A stretch of 61,917 bases of DNA, filler included. It is 8 parts of 8 records of this genome, joined end to end, with 100 filler letters (N's around TTAATTAATTAA, not from the genome) between each part and the next. Parts side by side here need not be neighbours in the genome. Positions count along the whole stretch, not along the records: positions 35,276 to 49,797 come from SRR31156797_59721; positions 49,898 to 55,795 come from SRR31156797_59764; 6 more parts are not named here. One strand, written 5' to 3'. This document shows positions 40,244-50,425 of the stretch, one piece after another (position 1 is the stretch's first letter; every line of letters starts with the position of its first letter). The notes beneath the pieces were generated by a model that saw nothing but the letters and a program-made list of their open reading frames with translations, did no database searches and was not told the origin of the DNA. Position numbers and translations under genes: made by a program.

Positions 40244-40324
40244 ATGAACAAGCTGTGGACTTTTTCAATTAATATGCTGTGTCTGTTTGGTTTCGTATTT
40301 GTGGTATTTGCCCTGCTTTTCTAG
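40244..40324 (+). CDS. Putative 26-aa single-TM micropeptide MNKLWTFSINMLCLFGFVFVVFALLF
   Basis: GGGGAG RBS 7 nt upstream; the only plausible ORF after the sigma54 site; too short for the ORF track. Confidence 0.55.
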   Translation: MNKLWTFSINMLCLFGFVFVVFALLF

Positions 40325-40612
40325 CGCGGGCGTCTAGCCTTCATTCATCGGCGGGAAGAAAAGGGATTTTAAGAATCCGATAGTATGCCATCCATGGCTC
40401 ACTGTCATCTATCGACAATATTTTCGGCATTTATTACGTTAATTCCAACTTCGGTTTCTGTCCCTTTTCTTCACCCCGTCAACTTTTCTTGAATTTTTCC
40501 GTCCCGGTTCCGGTGTACCCTCCCGAATAAGCTTCGCTTTTTCTTTCAAAAGCTTGACTGTTATGTTATCCTGTTTTGATTTTCAACATTCAAGGGTCAA
40601 AATCAATCTGAT

Positions 40613-41794
40613 ATGAGAATTATATTTTTCGCCGGCAAGGGCGGTGTGGGAAAAACAAGCGCGGCAGCGGCCACGGGCATTAAAGCGGCCGAGCGTGGAA
40701 AAAAAACGGTCATCATGAGTCTGGATGTGGCCCATAGCCTGTCGGACATCTTCGACATGGAGAAGAGCCTCATCAACCAAAGCAAGGGTCAGCCCGTCCA
40801 GGTGGGGGAAAACCTGTGGATTCAGGAACTGGATATCCAGGAAGAGATTGAAAAAAACTGGGGGGACATACACAAGTATCTTTCGACGCTCTTGAACACC
40901 ACCGGGCTTGATGAAATCCTTGCCGAGGAATTGGCCATTTTACCGGGAATGGAGGAAGTCAGCCTGCTCCTTCATATCAACCGCTACGCCAGAGACAACA
41001 GCTTTGATGTGGTTCTGCTGGACTGTGCACCCACCGGTGAATCGTTGCGGTTTATCAGCATTCCCACAACCCTTGAATGGTACATCAACAAGATTTTTAA
41101 AATCGAAAAAACCATTGTCAAATATGCCCGTCCCGTGGCCAAACGTTTCTATGATGTGCCCCTGCCGGGCGAAGACTATTTTGACGCCATTGAGCGGCTT
41201 TTTGAAAAACTGCGAGGTGTGGATGCGCTGCTGACGGATCCTGAAATAACCACTGTGCGCCTGGTCACCAATCCCGAGAAAATCGTTTTGAAAGAAACCC
41301 AGCGGGCATTCATGTACTTTTCCCTCTACAAAATGAGCATCGATGCCATCATCATGAATCGCGTGTTGCCCGATGTGGTCAACGAACCCTATTTTAAAAA
41401 CTGGCAGGAAAGTCAGAAACGATATGTACAAGAGGCGGAAGACTATTTTCAGCCCGTACCGCTTTTGCCGGTGAACTTATTCAAGGGCGAAGTTCTGGGC
41501 TATGATAACCTTAAGGCCCTGGGGGACCAGATATACGGTGTGCGCAATCCGCTGGATCGGTTTTTCGAGGGAAAGCCATACGAATTGGCCAAGATTGATG
41601 GAAAATATCAATTGAAAATGAAACTGCCCTTTATTGAAAAGCGGGATGTGGCGCTGCACAAAATCGCTGATGAACTGATTATTCGCATCGGCGGCTTTAA
41701 ACGGTGCGTCATGCTTCCCCGACAGGTGGCTGCCTTAGACTCACTCAAGGCCACCCTTGAAGGGCAGTATTTGTGGATCCATTTTGATACATAA
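40613..41794 (+). CDS. ArsA/Get3-family ATPase with a C-terminal HSP20-like domain
   Basis: GKGGVGKT, SLDVAHSLSD, PGMEE, DCAPTG; C-terminal LKLPF...ELIIRIG. Confidence 0.9.
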   Translation: MRIIFFAGKGGVGKTSAAAATGIKAAERGKKTVIMSLDVAHSLSDIFDMEKSLINQSKGQPVQVGENLWIQELDIQEEIEKNWGDIHKYLSTLLNTTGLDEILAEELAILPGMEEVSLLLHINRYARDNSFDVVLLDCAPTGESLRFISIPTTLEWYINKIFKIEKTIVKYARPVAKRFYDVPLPGEDYFDAIERLFEKLRGVDALLTDPEITTVRLVTNPEKIVLKETQRAFMYFSLYKMSIDAIIMNRVLPDVVNEPYFKNWQESQKRYVQEAEDYFQPVPLLPVNLFKGEVLGYDNLKALGDQIYGVRNPLDRFFEGKPYELAKIDGKYQLKMKLPFIEKRDVALHKIADELIIRIGGFKRCVMLPRQVAALDSLKATLEGQYLWIHFDT

Positions 41795-41806
41795 AAGGAG
41801 TTTGTC

Positions 41807-42043
41807 ATGGCCGGAAAGAAAACCGAGGCCTGCGACGAAAAAACGTTATGCCCTTTGGGCAAAATTTTTAAGGGCCTCCAAGATTTGTCCAAAAGCGCCC
41901 CGGAATTCAAGGAACACCTGGACCGATCACGCCTTGAACTTCTCAAAGCCGTCAAGACCCTGTTGGATTCAAAAATAAAAAGTCTTGAAAAAAAGAGTGC
42001 ACCGGGGAAAAAGAAAGTGGCCAGAAAAATCACAATCGAATAG
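41807..42043 (+). CDS. Small helical protein coupled to the ArsA-like ATPase
   Basis: AAGGAG RBS; 78 aa; CP motif, amphipathic helices, ends RKITIE. Confidence 0.8.
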   Translation: MAGKKTEACDEKTLCPLGKIFKGLQDLSKSAPEFKEHLDRSRLELLKAVKTLLDSKIKSLEKKSAPGKKKVARKITIE

Positions 42044-42089
42044 TCAGTCATAAAAGTATTTTCGCAGTATATTGGGAGCACAGGATCCA

Positions 42090-43349
42090 TTGGAATTTAC
42101 AACACTGAAAGGGTTTAAAGACATCCTTCCCGCCGAATCAGCACGATGGCAAGAGATTGAAGCCAAAGCGCGGGCTTTGTTTTCCGCATTCGGGTACCGG
42201 GAAATCAAAACCCCTGTTCTTGAAAAAACCGAGCTTTTCAGCCGCGGCATCGGCCAGGAAACCGACATCGTATCAAAGGAAATGTACTCCTTTGAAGATG
42301 TAAAAGGACGGGGATTAACCATGCGGCCGGAGGCCACCGCATCTGTGGTCAGGGCCTATATTCAACACCGGTTGTACCAGCAATATCCCATACAGAAACT
42401 CTATGCCATGGGACCCATGTTCAGGCATGAACGGCCTCAAAAGGGGCGCTTTCGGCAGTTTCATCAGATTGATGTTGAACTTTTCGGCGATCCGGGCCCC
42501 AGAAGCGATGCCGAGATGATCATTCTGGCCATGTATCTTTTTGAGACGGTTGGGTTGACGGATATCAGCCTGCATATCAATTCACTGGGATGTCCCGACT
42601 GCCGGCCGGATTTTAAAGAAAAGCTGAAAAGCTATCTGGCCGACAGGACCTCCTCCCTTTGCGCCGACTGTCAAAAAAGGGCCCAATTAAACCCGTTGCG
42701 GGTGTTTGACTGCAAAGTGGAAACCTGCAAATCCATTGTTAAAAACGCGCCCACCATACCCGCATTTCTCTGCCATAACTGCCGGGATCATTTTGGATCC
42801 CTGAAGGCATACCTTGATGGGTTAGATATCCTCTTTGAGGTCAACGATCAGCTGGTCAGGGGGCTTGATTATTACAACCGAACCACATTTGAAATTCAGA
42901 CCGAACACCTGGGCGCCCAGAATGCCGTTGCAGGGGGAGGCAGATACGATGGTCTGGTCAAGACCCTCGGCGGTCCCGACCATCCCGCCATCGGGTTTGC
43001 CGTGGGCGTGGAGAGGGTGGTCGCCCTCCTGGAGGCGTCAAAACCGATAGCGCCACAAAAACCCGACCTTTTTATCGCCGCCCTCGGCGAAAATGTTGGC
43101 CAATTGACTTTTCAATGGATGGCCTCGTTAAGGAAGCAGGGGCTCTGGGTGGAACTGGATTATGGTGGAAAAGGCCTCAAATCACAGATGAAAAAGGCCA
43201 ACCGATTGGGCGCCCACAACGTCCTGATTGTCGGCGACGATGAAGCCGCCGCAAAAAAGGCCGTTTTGCGCAATATGAACACCCGGGAACAGATGGATGT
43301 GGAATTCAACAATCTGGTATCGACTTTAAAGGATATGCTTCAAAAATGA
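42090..43349 (+). CDS. hisS: Histidine--tRNA ligase
   Basis: RPEATAS, FRHERPQKGRFRQFHQ, RGLDYY, GGGRYDGL. TTG start inferred. Confidence 0.98.
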   Translation: MEFTTLKGFKDILPAESARWQEIEAKARALFSAFGYREIKTPVLEKTELFSRGIGQETDIVSKEMYSFEDVKGRGLTMRPEATASVVRAYIQHRLYQQYPIQKLYAMGPMFRHERPQKGRFRQFHQIDVELFGDPGPRSDAEMIILAMYLFETVGLTDISLHINSLGCPDCRPDFKEKLKSYLADRTSSLCADCQKRAQLNPLRVFDCKVETCKSIVKNAPTIPAFLCHNCRDHFGSLKAYLDGLDILFEVNDQLVRGLDYYNRTTFEIQTEHLGAQNAVAGGGRYDGLVKTLGGPDHPAIGFAVGVERVVALLEASKPIAPQKPDLFIAALGENVGQLTFQWMASLRKQGLWVELDYGGKGLKSQMKKANRLGAHNVLIVGDDEAAAKKAVLRNMNTREQMDVEFNNLVSTLKDMLQK

Positions 43350-45169
43350 AAAACGAACAGACCCAAATAACAACCATTGATTCTCTCGGAAATTGGAAAC
43401 GGACCCACGATTGCGGAACCCTCAGGCAAAACCATGTGGACCGGGAAGTCATCCTGATGGGATGGGTGAATCGAAGGCGAGACCTTGGAAACCTTATTTT
43501 CATCGATTTGAGAGACAGGGAAGGCATTACCCAAGTGGTTTTTGACCCCCAGGTCAATACCTCGGCCCATGAAAGGGCCCACATCCTTAGGAATGAGTGG
43601 GTTCTCGCCGTCAAAGGCACGGTAGTTCCCAGACTCGAAGGGCAGGAAAACCGAGATCTTCCCACCGGGCAAATTGAAATAAAAGCCCAAGAAGTTAAAA
43701 TCCTCAACCGGACCGAAACGCCGCCGTTCCAAGTGGACGGAGCTGTGGATGCATCAGAAAACCTTCGGTTGAAATACCGTTATCTGGAACTTCGCAGGCC
43801 ACAGATCTTTGAGAATTTCAGGAAACGTCACGCCATCGCCTCCTGCATCAGGGCGTACCTGAACGAACTCGATTTTATGGAGGTGGAAACACCCTTTCTC
43901 ACCAAGAGCACCCCTGAAGGTGCAAGGGATTATCTGGTACCCAGCCGAACCAACAGTGGCATGTTTTACGCCCTTCCCCAATCCCCCCAGCTCTTTAAAC
44001 AACTTCTCATGATAGCCGGTTTTGATCGGTATTATCAAATGGTCAGGTGTTTCCGGGACGAAGATCTCAGGGCGGACCGACAACCTGAGTTCACCCAGGT
44101 GGACCTGGAGATGGCCTTTGTTGACGAAAAAGCCGTCATGGATATCTTTGAAAACATGATGGGGGCGCTTTTCACCAACATCATGGCCAGAAAAATTTCT
44201 TCCCCCATTCCCCACCTGACCTACCAGGATGCCATGGATCGCTTTGGTACGGATCGGCCGGATTTGCGGTTTGCCATGGAGCTTAAAAACATCACCCATA
44301 TGGCGGAAAAATCGGATTTCAAAGTCTTTAAAGGCGTTGTTGCCGCAGGCGGCATGGTTAAAGCCATTTGTGTGAAAAATGCGGCCGCCGCTTATTCGAG
44401 AAAGGCACTGGATGAATTATCCCTGGTTGCCACCGCTAACGGGGCCAAAGGTCTGGCATGGATCAAGATCGCAGAAGGTAAGTGGCAATCACCCGTGGCG
44501 AAATTTTTTAATGATGAAGCGAAGCTTTCCCTCAATAAACGTCTTGGCGCTGTTCCGGGGGACCTGGTCCTAATGGTTGCGGATCAACCCGCCATTGCCA
44601 ACGCAGCACTGAGTGCACTCCGCCTGGAAATGGCACGGCGCGAGGGATTGATAAAAAAAGGGGAGTACGCCTTCGTCTGGGTGACGGATTTCCCGTTACT
44701 TGAATATGACGACGCCGATGGCAGGTTTATGGCGGTACATCACCCCTTTACGGCCCCTGTGGAGGAAGACCTGGGATTACTCCTTGAGCACCCTGAAAAG
44801 GTCAGGGCCAGGGCGTATGATCTGGTTTTAAACGGATCGGAAATCGGAGGCGGCAGCATCAGGATTCACAATGCAACAACCCAGGAAATGGTGTTTGAGG
44901 TATTGGGCATTTCACAGGAGGAAGCGCGCGCAAAATTCGGATTTCTGATTGATGCCCTGAAACATGGCGCCCCTCCCCATGGGGGCATGGCACTGGGATT
45001 TGACCGTCTTGTGGCAATTATGGCAGGGGTCAATTCCATCCGAGAAGTCATCGCATTTCCCAAAACCACCAGCGGAACTTGTCCCCTCACGGAAGCACCG
45101 TCTCCGGTAAATCCGGATCAGCTGAAAGAGCTGGGACTTAGTATAAACCCGATGGAAGAAGGATCATAA
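43346..45169 (+). CDS. aspS: Aspartate--tRNA ligase
   Basis: RTHDCG, TPEGARDY, LPQSPQ, FRDEDLRADRQPEF, PPHGG, VIAFPK. Confidence 0.98.
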   Translation: MKNEQTQITTIDSLGNWKRTHDCGTLRQNHVDREVILMGWVNRRRDLGNLIFIDLRDREGITQVVFDPQVNTSAHERAHILRNEWVLAVKGTVVPRLEGQENRDLPTGQIEIKAQEVKILNRTETPPFQVDGAVDASENLRLKYRYLELRRPQIFENFRKRHAIASCIRAYLNELDFMEVETPFLTKSTPEGARDYLVPSRTNSGMFYALPQSPQLFKQLLMIAGFDRYYQMVRCFRDEDLRADRQPEFTQVDLEMAFVDEKAVMDIFENMMGALFTNIMARKISSPIPHLTYQDAMDRFGTDRPDLRFAMELKNITHMAEKSDFKVFKGVVAAGGMVKAICVKNAAAAYSRKALDELSLVATANGAKGLAWIKIAEGKWQSPVAKFFNDEAKLSLNKRLGAVPGDLVLMVADQPAIANAALSALRLEMARREGLIKKGEYAFVWVTDFPLLEYDDADGRFMAVHHPFTAPVEEDLGLLLEHPEKVRARAYDLVLNGSEIGGGSIRIHNATTQEMVFEVLGISQEEARAKFGFLIDALKHGAPPHGGMALGFDRLVAIMAGVNSIREVIAFPKTTSGTCPLTEAPSPVNPDQLKELGLSINPMEEGS

Positions 45170-45343
45170 CCCGTGATAATCATTCACAGGGCCATGGGTC
45201 AGGCTTCTCTTGGGAAAAATGCCAAACAGCCACCGACACTTTTTTCCTTGAAATTCCAAACTTCATGTCTATTTTTCTTGACAATTGAGGTTCCATAAGA
45301 CATAAGATCCGGTTTAAAAAATATTTGAGAGGACGTGATTAAA

Positions 45344-45622
45344 ATGGTTTGTACAACAGTAAAAGAGGGTCAGGAGTGCTCTTTCATGAGCAAAAAAGGG
45401 TGTGGATTTAATGGCGGCGCGTGTCACAAGATTGTCGAGGGGTGTGTCGGCTGTCAAAGAATCGTAAATTATACCGACGGTGAATACTGCATGGTATTTC
45501 CGGATCCTTCCGCCAAATGGCGTATCGGCAATTGCAGCATGGCAACCCACCTTAAAGCGGAAACCAGTAAAGGCGCTGCAAAAATCAACCCCATCAAGGC
45601 TTCAAAACGGGGCGGCCATTAG
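45344..45622 (+). CDS. PxxKW-family cysteine-rich protein
   Basis: Eight Cys, PSAKW, NCSMATH, KINPIKASKR; GAGG RBS. Confidence 0.88.
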   Translation: MVCTTVKEGQECSFMSKKGCGFNGGACHKIVEGCVGCQRIVNYTDGEYCMVFPDPSAKWRIGNCSMATHLKAETSKGAAKINPIKASKRGGH

Positions 45623-46428
45623 TCGTTCAGGTGTTCTTCAGCCTCTGATTCAGATTTTACACCCTTTAAAACCGCATCAAAGGCCGAAACACACCGGTCA
45701 TCCCACTTTTTCCCGGCGCCCTTTTTCAAAATATCCAATGCGACTTCAGGTCGCATCCCTTTTTGATAGGGCCTGTCGGTTGTCATGGCATCAAATGCAT
45801 CTGCAACAGCCAGTATCCTGGCGCCCAACGGGATTTGGTCGGCCTTGAGATGGCGGGGGTATCCTTTCCCGTCAGGACGTTCGTGGTGACAATGAACATA
45901 CTCCAGCGCCGGGCCCAGGAAGTCCAGATCCTGAAGAATTTTTGCCCCGGTGCCGGGGTGCCGGGTGATCTGTTTGACCAGGTCGGACGGGTTTTTTTGT
46001 GCATGGGGTTCGAAAAGACGATCGGGAAAACCTATTTTTCCAATGTCATGCAGAATGCCGCCTAATCGAATAAACCCTACTTCCTCTTGCGATAACCCCA
46101 TTTGTCGGGCTATTTTACAGGCTGTATCCGCCACCCGGGCGGCATGCCCCTCCGTATAGGCATCACGGGCTGCCAGCGCATGGGCCATCGTCGAAACCAC
46201 CTGGATGGTGTTCTGCTTGATCTTTTCATTTAACGCTTCCAGCTCTTTGACCATCAGTTCCAGCCGATACTCCCTCGCCTCCACCTTGACCATCATCAGG
46301 CCCATGGCTTCCGCAATGGTTTGCACCGTCTCCGGCTGATCCTCGCAGGTCAGCGCCATGATGTCATTTGAATATTCCCCTGAAGAAATTTTCTGAATGA
46401 TCTCAACGAGTCGATCAATGCCCTGCAT
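45619..46428 (-). CDS. HD-GYP phosphohydrolase with an N-terminal HAMP-like coiled coil
   Basis: RDAYTEGH, LHDIGK, HHERPDGKGYP, DAFDAM, RPY. Confidence 0.9.
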   Translation of the reverse strand: MQGIDRLVEIIQKISSGEYSNDIMALTCEDQPETVQTIAEAMGLMMVKVEAREYRLELMVKELEALNEKIKQNTIQVVSTMAHALAARDAYTEGHAARVADTACKIARQMGLSQEEVGFIRLGGILHDIGKIGFPDRLFEPHAQKNPSDLVKQITRHPGTGAKILQDLDFLGPALEYVHCHHERPDGKGYPRHLKADQIPLGARILAVADAFDAMTTDRPYQKGMRPEVALDILKKGAGKKWDDRCVSAFDAVLKGVKSESEAEEHLND

Positions 46429-46497
46429 TCTCTTTTGTATCTCCTGATCAAGGGCAACGTTTGCCCGTTTTGGTGGAAAACCACTTCTGGGTTGCCG

Positions 46498-47220
46498 CTA
46501 ACGTTCCATATGGATAAAAAACTCGCGGTTACCTTTGGGGCCCAATATGGGAGAAGGAACAACGCCCTGAACGGACCAACCCGATTCTTCGCAAAACATT
46601 TTCAAATCCGCAACAACCGATTCGTGAAGAGCGGGATCCCGCACCACCCCTCCCTTTCCGATCTTTCCTTTGCCCACCTCAAACTGGGGTTTGATCAGGG
46701 CGACCATAAAGGCACGATCCTTAAGGAGGCGGGATACGACGGGAATCACCAGCTTAAGGGAAATAAAAGAAACATCGATGACCGCCCCTTGTGCGAGAAT
46801 TCCGAGATCATCCGCCGTCAGGTACCGAATGTTGGTCTTTTCCATCAAGGTCACGCGGGGGTCTTGACGAAGCTTCCAGGCAAATTGACCGTAACCCACG
46901 TCGATGGCGATGACTCTATCGGCACCCCGTTTCAACAGGCAATCGGTGAAACCACCGGTGGAGGCCCCCACATCCAGCAAAACGAGGGATTGAACATTCA
47001 GCGAAAAGTGCTTGATGGCCCCCTCAAGTTTTATGCCGCCCCTGCTGACAAAGGGCGGGTAGGGCTCTTTGAGGTGAATGGTAGCGGATTCGGGAAACGG
47101 GTGGCCGGCTTTATCCACCTTCGCATCGTCCACACGGACAAGACCCGCCATGATCATGGCCTTGGCCTTTTCACGGCTTTCGACCAACCCCCTTTGAACC
47201 ATTAATTTATCCAATCGCAA
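46498..47220 (-). CDS. tlyA: TlyA-family rRNA methyltransferase
   Basis: S4 domain RLD, FVSRGGIKL, DVGASTGGFTD, DVSFISL, KPQFE, GNREF. Confidence 0.96.
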   Translation of the reverse strand: MRLDKLMVQRGLVESREKAKAMIMAGLVRVDDAKVDKAGHPFPESATIHLKEPYPPFVSRGGIKLEGAIKHFSLNVQSLVLLDVGASTGGFTDCLLKRGADRVIAIDVGYGQFAWKLRQDPRVTLMEKTNIRYLTADDLGILAQGAVIDVSFISLKLVIPVVSRLLKDRAFMVALIKPQFEVGKGKIGKGGVVRDPALHESVVADLKMFCEESGWSVQGVVPSPILGPKGNREFFIHMER

Positions 47221-47230
47221 TTTGCGGTTC

Positions 47231-49135
47231 TCAGGTTTTTTGGCAGAAATCTCTGACCTCCTTCATAATACCTTCCGTATCAAGACCCAAATCCTTGCGA
47301 AGCAGACCCGCCGGGCCCTGTTCAACAAAGAGATCCGGAAGCCCCATCCGCTTAACGCGGATATCCCGCTCCCCAATGTCATTTAAAAGCTCCAGGACAC
47401 CGCCGCCAAGGCCACCCATTCTAACGTTCTCCTCCACCACCAGAAGCCGGCCTGAAGGGGCCGCCAGGGCAGCAATTTTTTTGTCCATGGGTTTTGCAAA
47501 CCGGCAATTCAGAACCCCGGCGGATAACCCCTCCCCTTCCAGGAGACGAGCCGCTTCAAGGGATGGATACACCATGCTGCCCAATGCCAGCACTTGAAGA
47601 TCTTTTCCTTCCTTCAGGATTTCTATTTCCCCCATGGGTAGCTTTTGGTATTCATCATCCAGCGGCACACCCAGACCACTGCCCCGTGGATAACGGATGG
47701 CCACGGGTCCGCTGTGATTCAGTCCCGTAAACAGCATATGCCGCAACTCATTTTCATCCTTTGGTGCCATGATGGTCATGTTGGGCAGGCTTCGCAGATA
47801 GCTCACATCAAACTGCCCATGGTGGGTCGGTCCGTCTTCACCCACGACACCACCGCGATCCAGCGCAAAAACCACAGGCAAATTGGGAAGGCATACATCA
47901 TGGATGATCTGGTCAAAAGCCCTCTGAAGAAACGTGGAGTAAATGGCCACAACGGGATGAAACCCTTCCGTCGCCAGGCCGGCGGCAAAGGTCACGGCAT
48001 GCTGTTCCGCAATTCCCACATCCAGAAATCTTCTTGGAAAGGCCTTTGCATATGCCGTCAAACCGGTCCCCTCGGGCATGGCCGCGGTAATGGCAAACAA
48101 TCGATCGTTTCGGGAGGCCAGATCAATCATGGTCTTGCCGAAAACACCGGTATAGGAAGGAACAGACTTTGTGGGGCTTTTTTCGGGAGGGACTCCGGTT
48201 AGAACATCAAAGGACCCCACCCCGTGAAAATGGGCCGGGTCTTTTTCAGCAAACTCATACCCTTTCCCTTTTTGAGTGAGCACGTGAATCAAAATGGGCC
48301 CGTGCAGATTGTCGGTATTGCCGAAGGTTTCGATCAGGCGATCCAGACGATGCCCTTGAATGGGGCCTATATATTTAAATTTAAAGGCCTCAAACATCAT
48401 TCCCGGCGTAAAAAATGCGAGAAAGGAATCTTCGCTTTTACGCGCAAAATTGAGAATGTTTTCCCCAACACCGGGAAGGGATTTTATGAAATTCTCCAGA
48501 TCTTTTTTGAAATTCACGAATCGCTTGCCGGTCATCTTGCGGCTCAGAAACGATGAAAAGGCCCCCACGTTGGGCGCAATGGACATGGCGTTGTCATTGA
48601 GTACAACGATCAGGTCTTTCTCCGTATGGCCGGCCTGGTTAAGCCCTTCAAAGGCCATCCCCCCGGTCATGGAACCATCTCCGATCACCGAAATAACTTT
48701 CCGTTTCTCTCCCTTGAGGCATTTTGCCGTGGAAATACCCAGGCCCGCGGAAATGGATGTACTGCTGTGTCCTGTGTCGAAGGCGTCGTAGGGACTTTCC
48801 GCCCGCTTTGGAAAGCCGCTGATACCCCCATGGGTTCTCAGGGTATGAAACTGGTTTCTCCGCCCGGTGAGCAATTTGTGGGCATAGGCCTGGTGCCCCA
48901 CGTCCCATATGATTTTGTCCCTGGGGGTGTCAAAAACGTAGTGCAGGGCGATGGACAACTCCACCGTGCCGAGACTGGGCGCCAGGTGCCCGCCTGTTTT
49001 TGATGTTGTCTCTATGATTTTCCAGCGGATTTCCTCTGCCAGATCCTGTAGTTGATTCAAGGAAAGGCCTTTGATATCCGCGGGGCTTTCAATGCTCTTT
49101 AATAAACTCCCTTTTTCAGGTCCGCTTTCGCTCAT
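47231..49135 (-). CDS. dxs: 1-deoxy-D-xylulose-5-phosphate synthase
   Basis: [45 protein letters not shown]. Confidence 0.98.
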   Translation of the reverse strand: MSESGPEKGSLLKSIESPADIKGLSLNQLQDLAEEIRWKIIETTSKTGGHLAPSLGTVELSIALHYVFDTPRDKIIWDVGHQAYAHKLLTGRRNQFHTLRTHGGISGFPKRAESPYDAFDTGHSSTSISAGLGISTAKCLKGEKRKVISVIGDGSMTGGMAFEGLNQAGHTEKDLIVVLNDNAMSIAPNVGAFSSFLSRKMTGKRFVNFKKDLENFIKSLPGVGENILNFARKSEDSFLAFFTPGMMFEAFKFKYIGPIQGHRLDRLIETFGNTDNLHGPILIHVLTQKGKGYEFAEKDPAHFHGVGSFDVLTGVPPEKSPTKSVPSYTGVFGKTMIDLASRNDRLFAITAAMPEGTGLTAYAKAFPRRFLDVGIAEQHAVTFAAGLATEGFHPVVAIYSTFLQRAFDQIIHDVCLPNLPVVFALDRGGVVGEDGPTHHGQFDVSYLRSLPNMTIMAPKDENELRHMLFTGLNHSGPVAIRYPRGSGLGVPLDDEYQKLPMGEIEILKEGKDLQVLALGSMVYPSLEAARLLEGEGLSAGVLNCRFAKPMDKKIAALAAPSGRLLVVEENVRMGGLGGGVLELLNDIGERDIRVKRMGLPDLFVEQGPAGLLRKDLGLDTEGIMKEVRDFCQKT

Positions 49136-49797
49136 TTTTTTCTCTCAATGATATAATATGCAATTTGTCGAAGGGGCTCTGCTCTTTCTCCAAACTCTTC
49201 CAAATCCTGAACAGCTTCTTGAACCAGCGCACTTTGGATTTTCTTGGATTCATCCAGGCCCAGAATCGACGGATAGGTGGTTTTTCCCTTTTCTTCATCC
49301 GCCCCCACCATTTTCCCCATGGTTTCGGTGTCCCCTTCCACATCCAGAATGTCATCTGAGATCTGAAATGCCAAACCGATTTTATTTCCATAGGATAAAA
49401 CAGCCCGGACTTGAGATTGCCGGGCACCCACAAGAATGGCTCCGGAAGCGACGGAAGCCGTGATCAGTGCGCCTGTTTTACGGGTATGAAGAAATTTTAC
49501 CGTTTCAAGATCCGCCTTTTTCCCCTCCCACTGCATATCCACCACCTGCCCGCCGACCATTCCGTCATGCCCGGCAGCTCCGGAAATCATCCGGATCGCC
49601 TCCAACAGCAGTCCGTGGGCAATTTGTCCCGTTGCATAAGACGAGGTCATGAGGCTGAATGCTTCGGTCAACAGACCATCACCTGCCAGAAGGGCGATGG
49701 CATCCCCAAATACTTTGTGATTGGTCGGTTTTCCACGCCTGAGATCATCATCATCCATCAAAGGCAGATCATCATGGATCAGGGAATAGGTATGGAT
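49132..49797 (-). CDS. ispA: Farnesyl/geranyl diphosphate synthase, 5'-truncated
   Basis: [18 protein letters not shown], GQxx[16 protein letters not shown]; ispA-dxs-tlyA synteny. Confidence 0.95.
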   Translation of the reverse strand: MHTYSLIHDDLPLMDDDDLRRGKPTNHKVFGDAIALLAGDGLLTEAFSLMTSSYATGQIAHGLLLEAIRMISGAAGHDGMVGGQVVDMQWEGKKADLETVKFLHTRKTGALITASVASGAILVGARQSQVRAVLSYGNKIGLAFQISDDILDVEGDTETMGKMVGADEEKGKTTYPSILGLDESKKIQSALVQEAVQDLEEFGERAEPLRQIAYYIIERKK

Positions 49798-49897
49798 NNN
49801 NNNNNNNNNNNNNNNNNNNNNNNNNNNNNNNNNNNNNNNNNTTAATTAATTAANNNNNNNNNNNNNNNNNNNNNNNNNNNNNNNNNNNNNNNNNNNN
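49798..49897. other. Artificial contig spacer
   Basis: N run, TTAATTAATTAA, N run. Confidence 0.99.
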
Positions 49898-49898
49898 C

Positions 49899-50402
49899 GC
49901 TCCGACAACGAGAACCTACTCGCTGAAGAAATTTCAGGATGTGCCATCGGTGTCCGTCTGGAATGCTGCCGAAAAAGCAGTGTCCGAAAGGTTCCGCATT
50001 GATCGGGATAAAACCCGTCGCCATCAGGGCATCATCATCAGCGAACCCGTAGAGTCGATGGAAACCGTGTCGTCGTTGCGGATGGGCGATGTCCTTGGCG
50101 CGAAACGTCGTGTCAGGCGATATGTCGAAGTGCATGTGTCTACGGGAACGGAAGGGACCAGGGTTTTCTGTAAAGTACCTGTTCAGGTATGGGAGACGGA
50201 AGAGCAGGTTCTTTATTCCAAGCCGTATCGACAATCCACGGACTATCCGGCAGATACGCCGATCGACCATGATGCTGCAACGACGCCGGAGCAGAATGCC
50301 GTCTGGCGAACGCGCAGTCGGGACAAGATTCTTGAAAGAGAAATCCTCGAATCCATCCAGGAGTTGATCAGCGGAAAACCTGTGAAGCAGGAACAGTCGT
50401 AA
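49899..50402 (+). CDS. Hypothetical protein (probably a lipoprotein), 5'-truncated
   Basis: Frame open from the contig start; same strand as the downstream cluster. Confidence 0.6.
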   Translation, partial: APTTRTYSLKKFQDVPSVSVWNAAEKAVSERFRIDRDKTRRHQGIIISEPVESMETVSSLRMGDVLGAKRRVRRYVEVHVSTGTEGTRVFCKVPVQVWETEEQVLYSKPYRQSTDYPADTPIDHDAATTPEQNAVWRTRSRDKILEREILESIQELISGKPVKQEQS

Positions 50403-50425
50403 GTGAAAAAGGTGGGAGGTTTCCT

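Noticed and set aside
40613-41794. Arsenic-resistance operon
   Set aside because: No arsB/acr3, arsC, arsD or arsR, and the protein is the single-domain HSP20-tailed type.
43346-45169. Calling aspS discriminating or non-discriminating
   Set aside because: The signature positions are mixed (RRDLG but RLEG), so this cannot be decided by eye.
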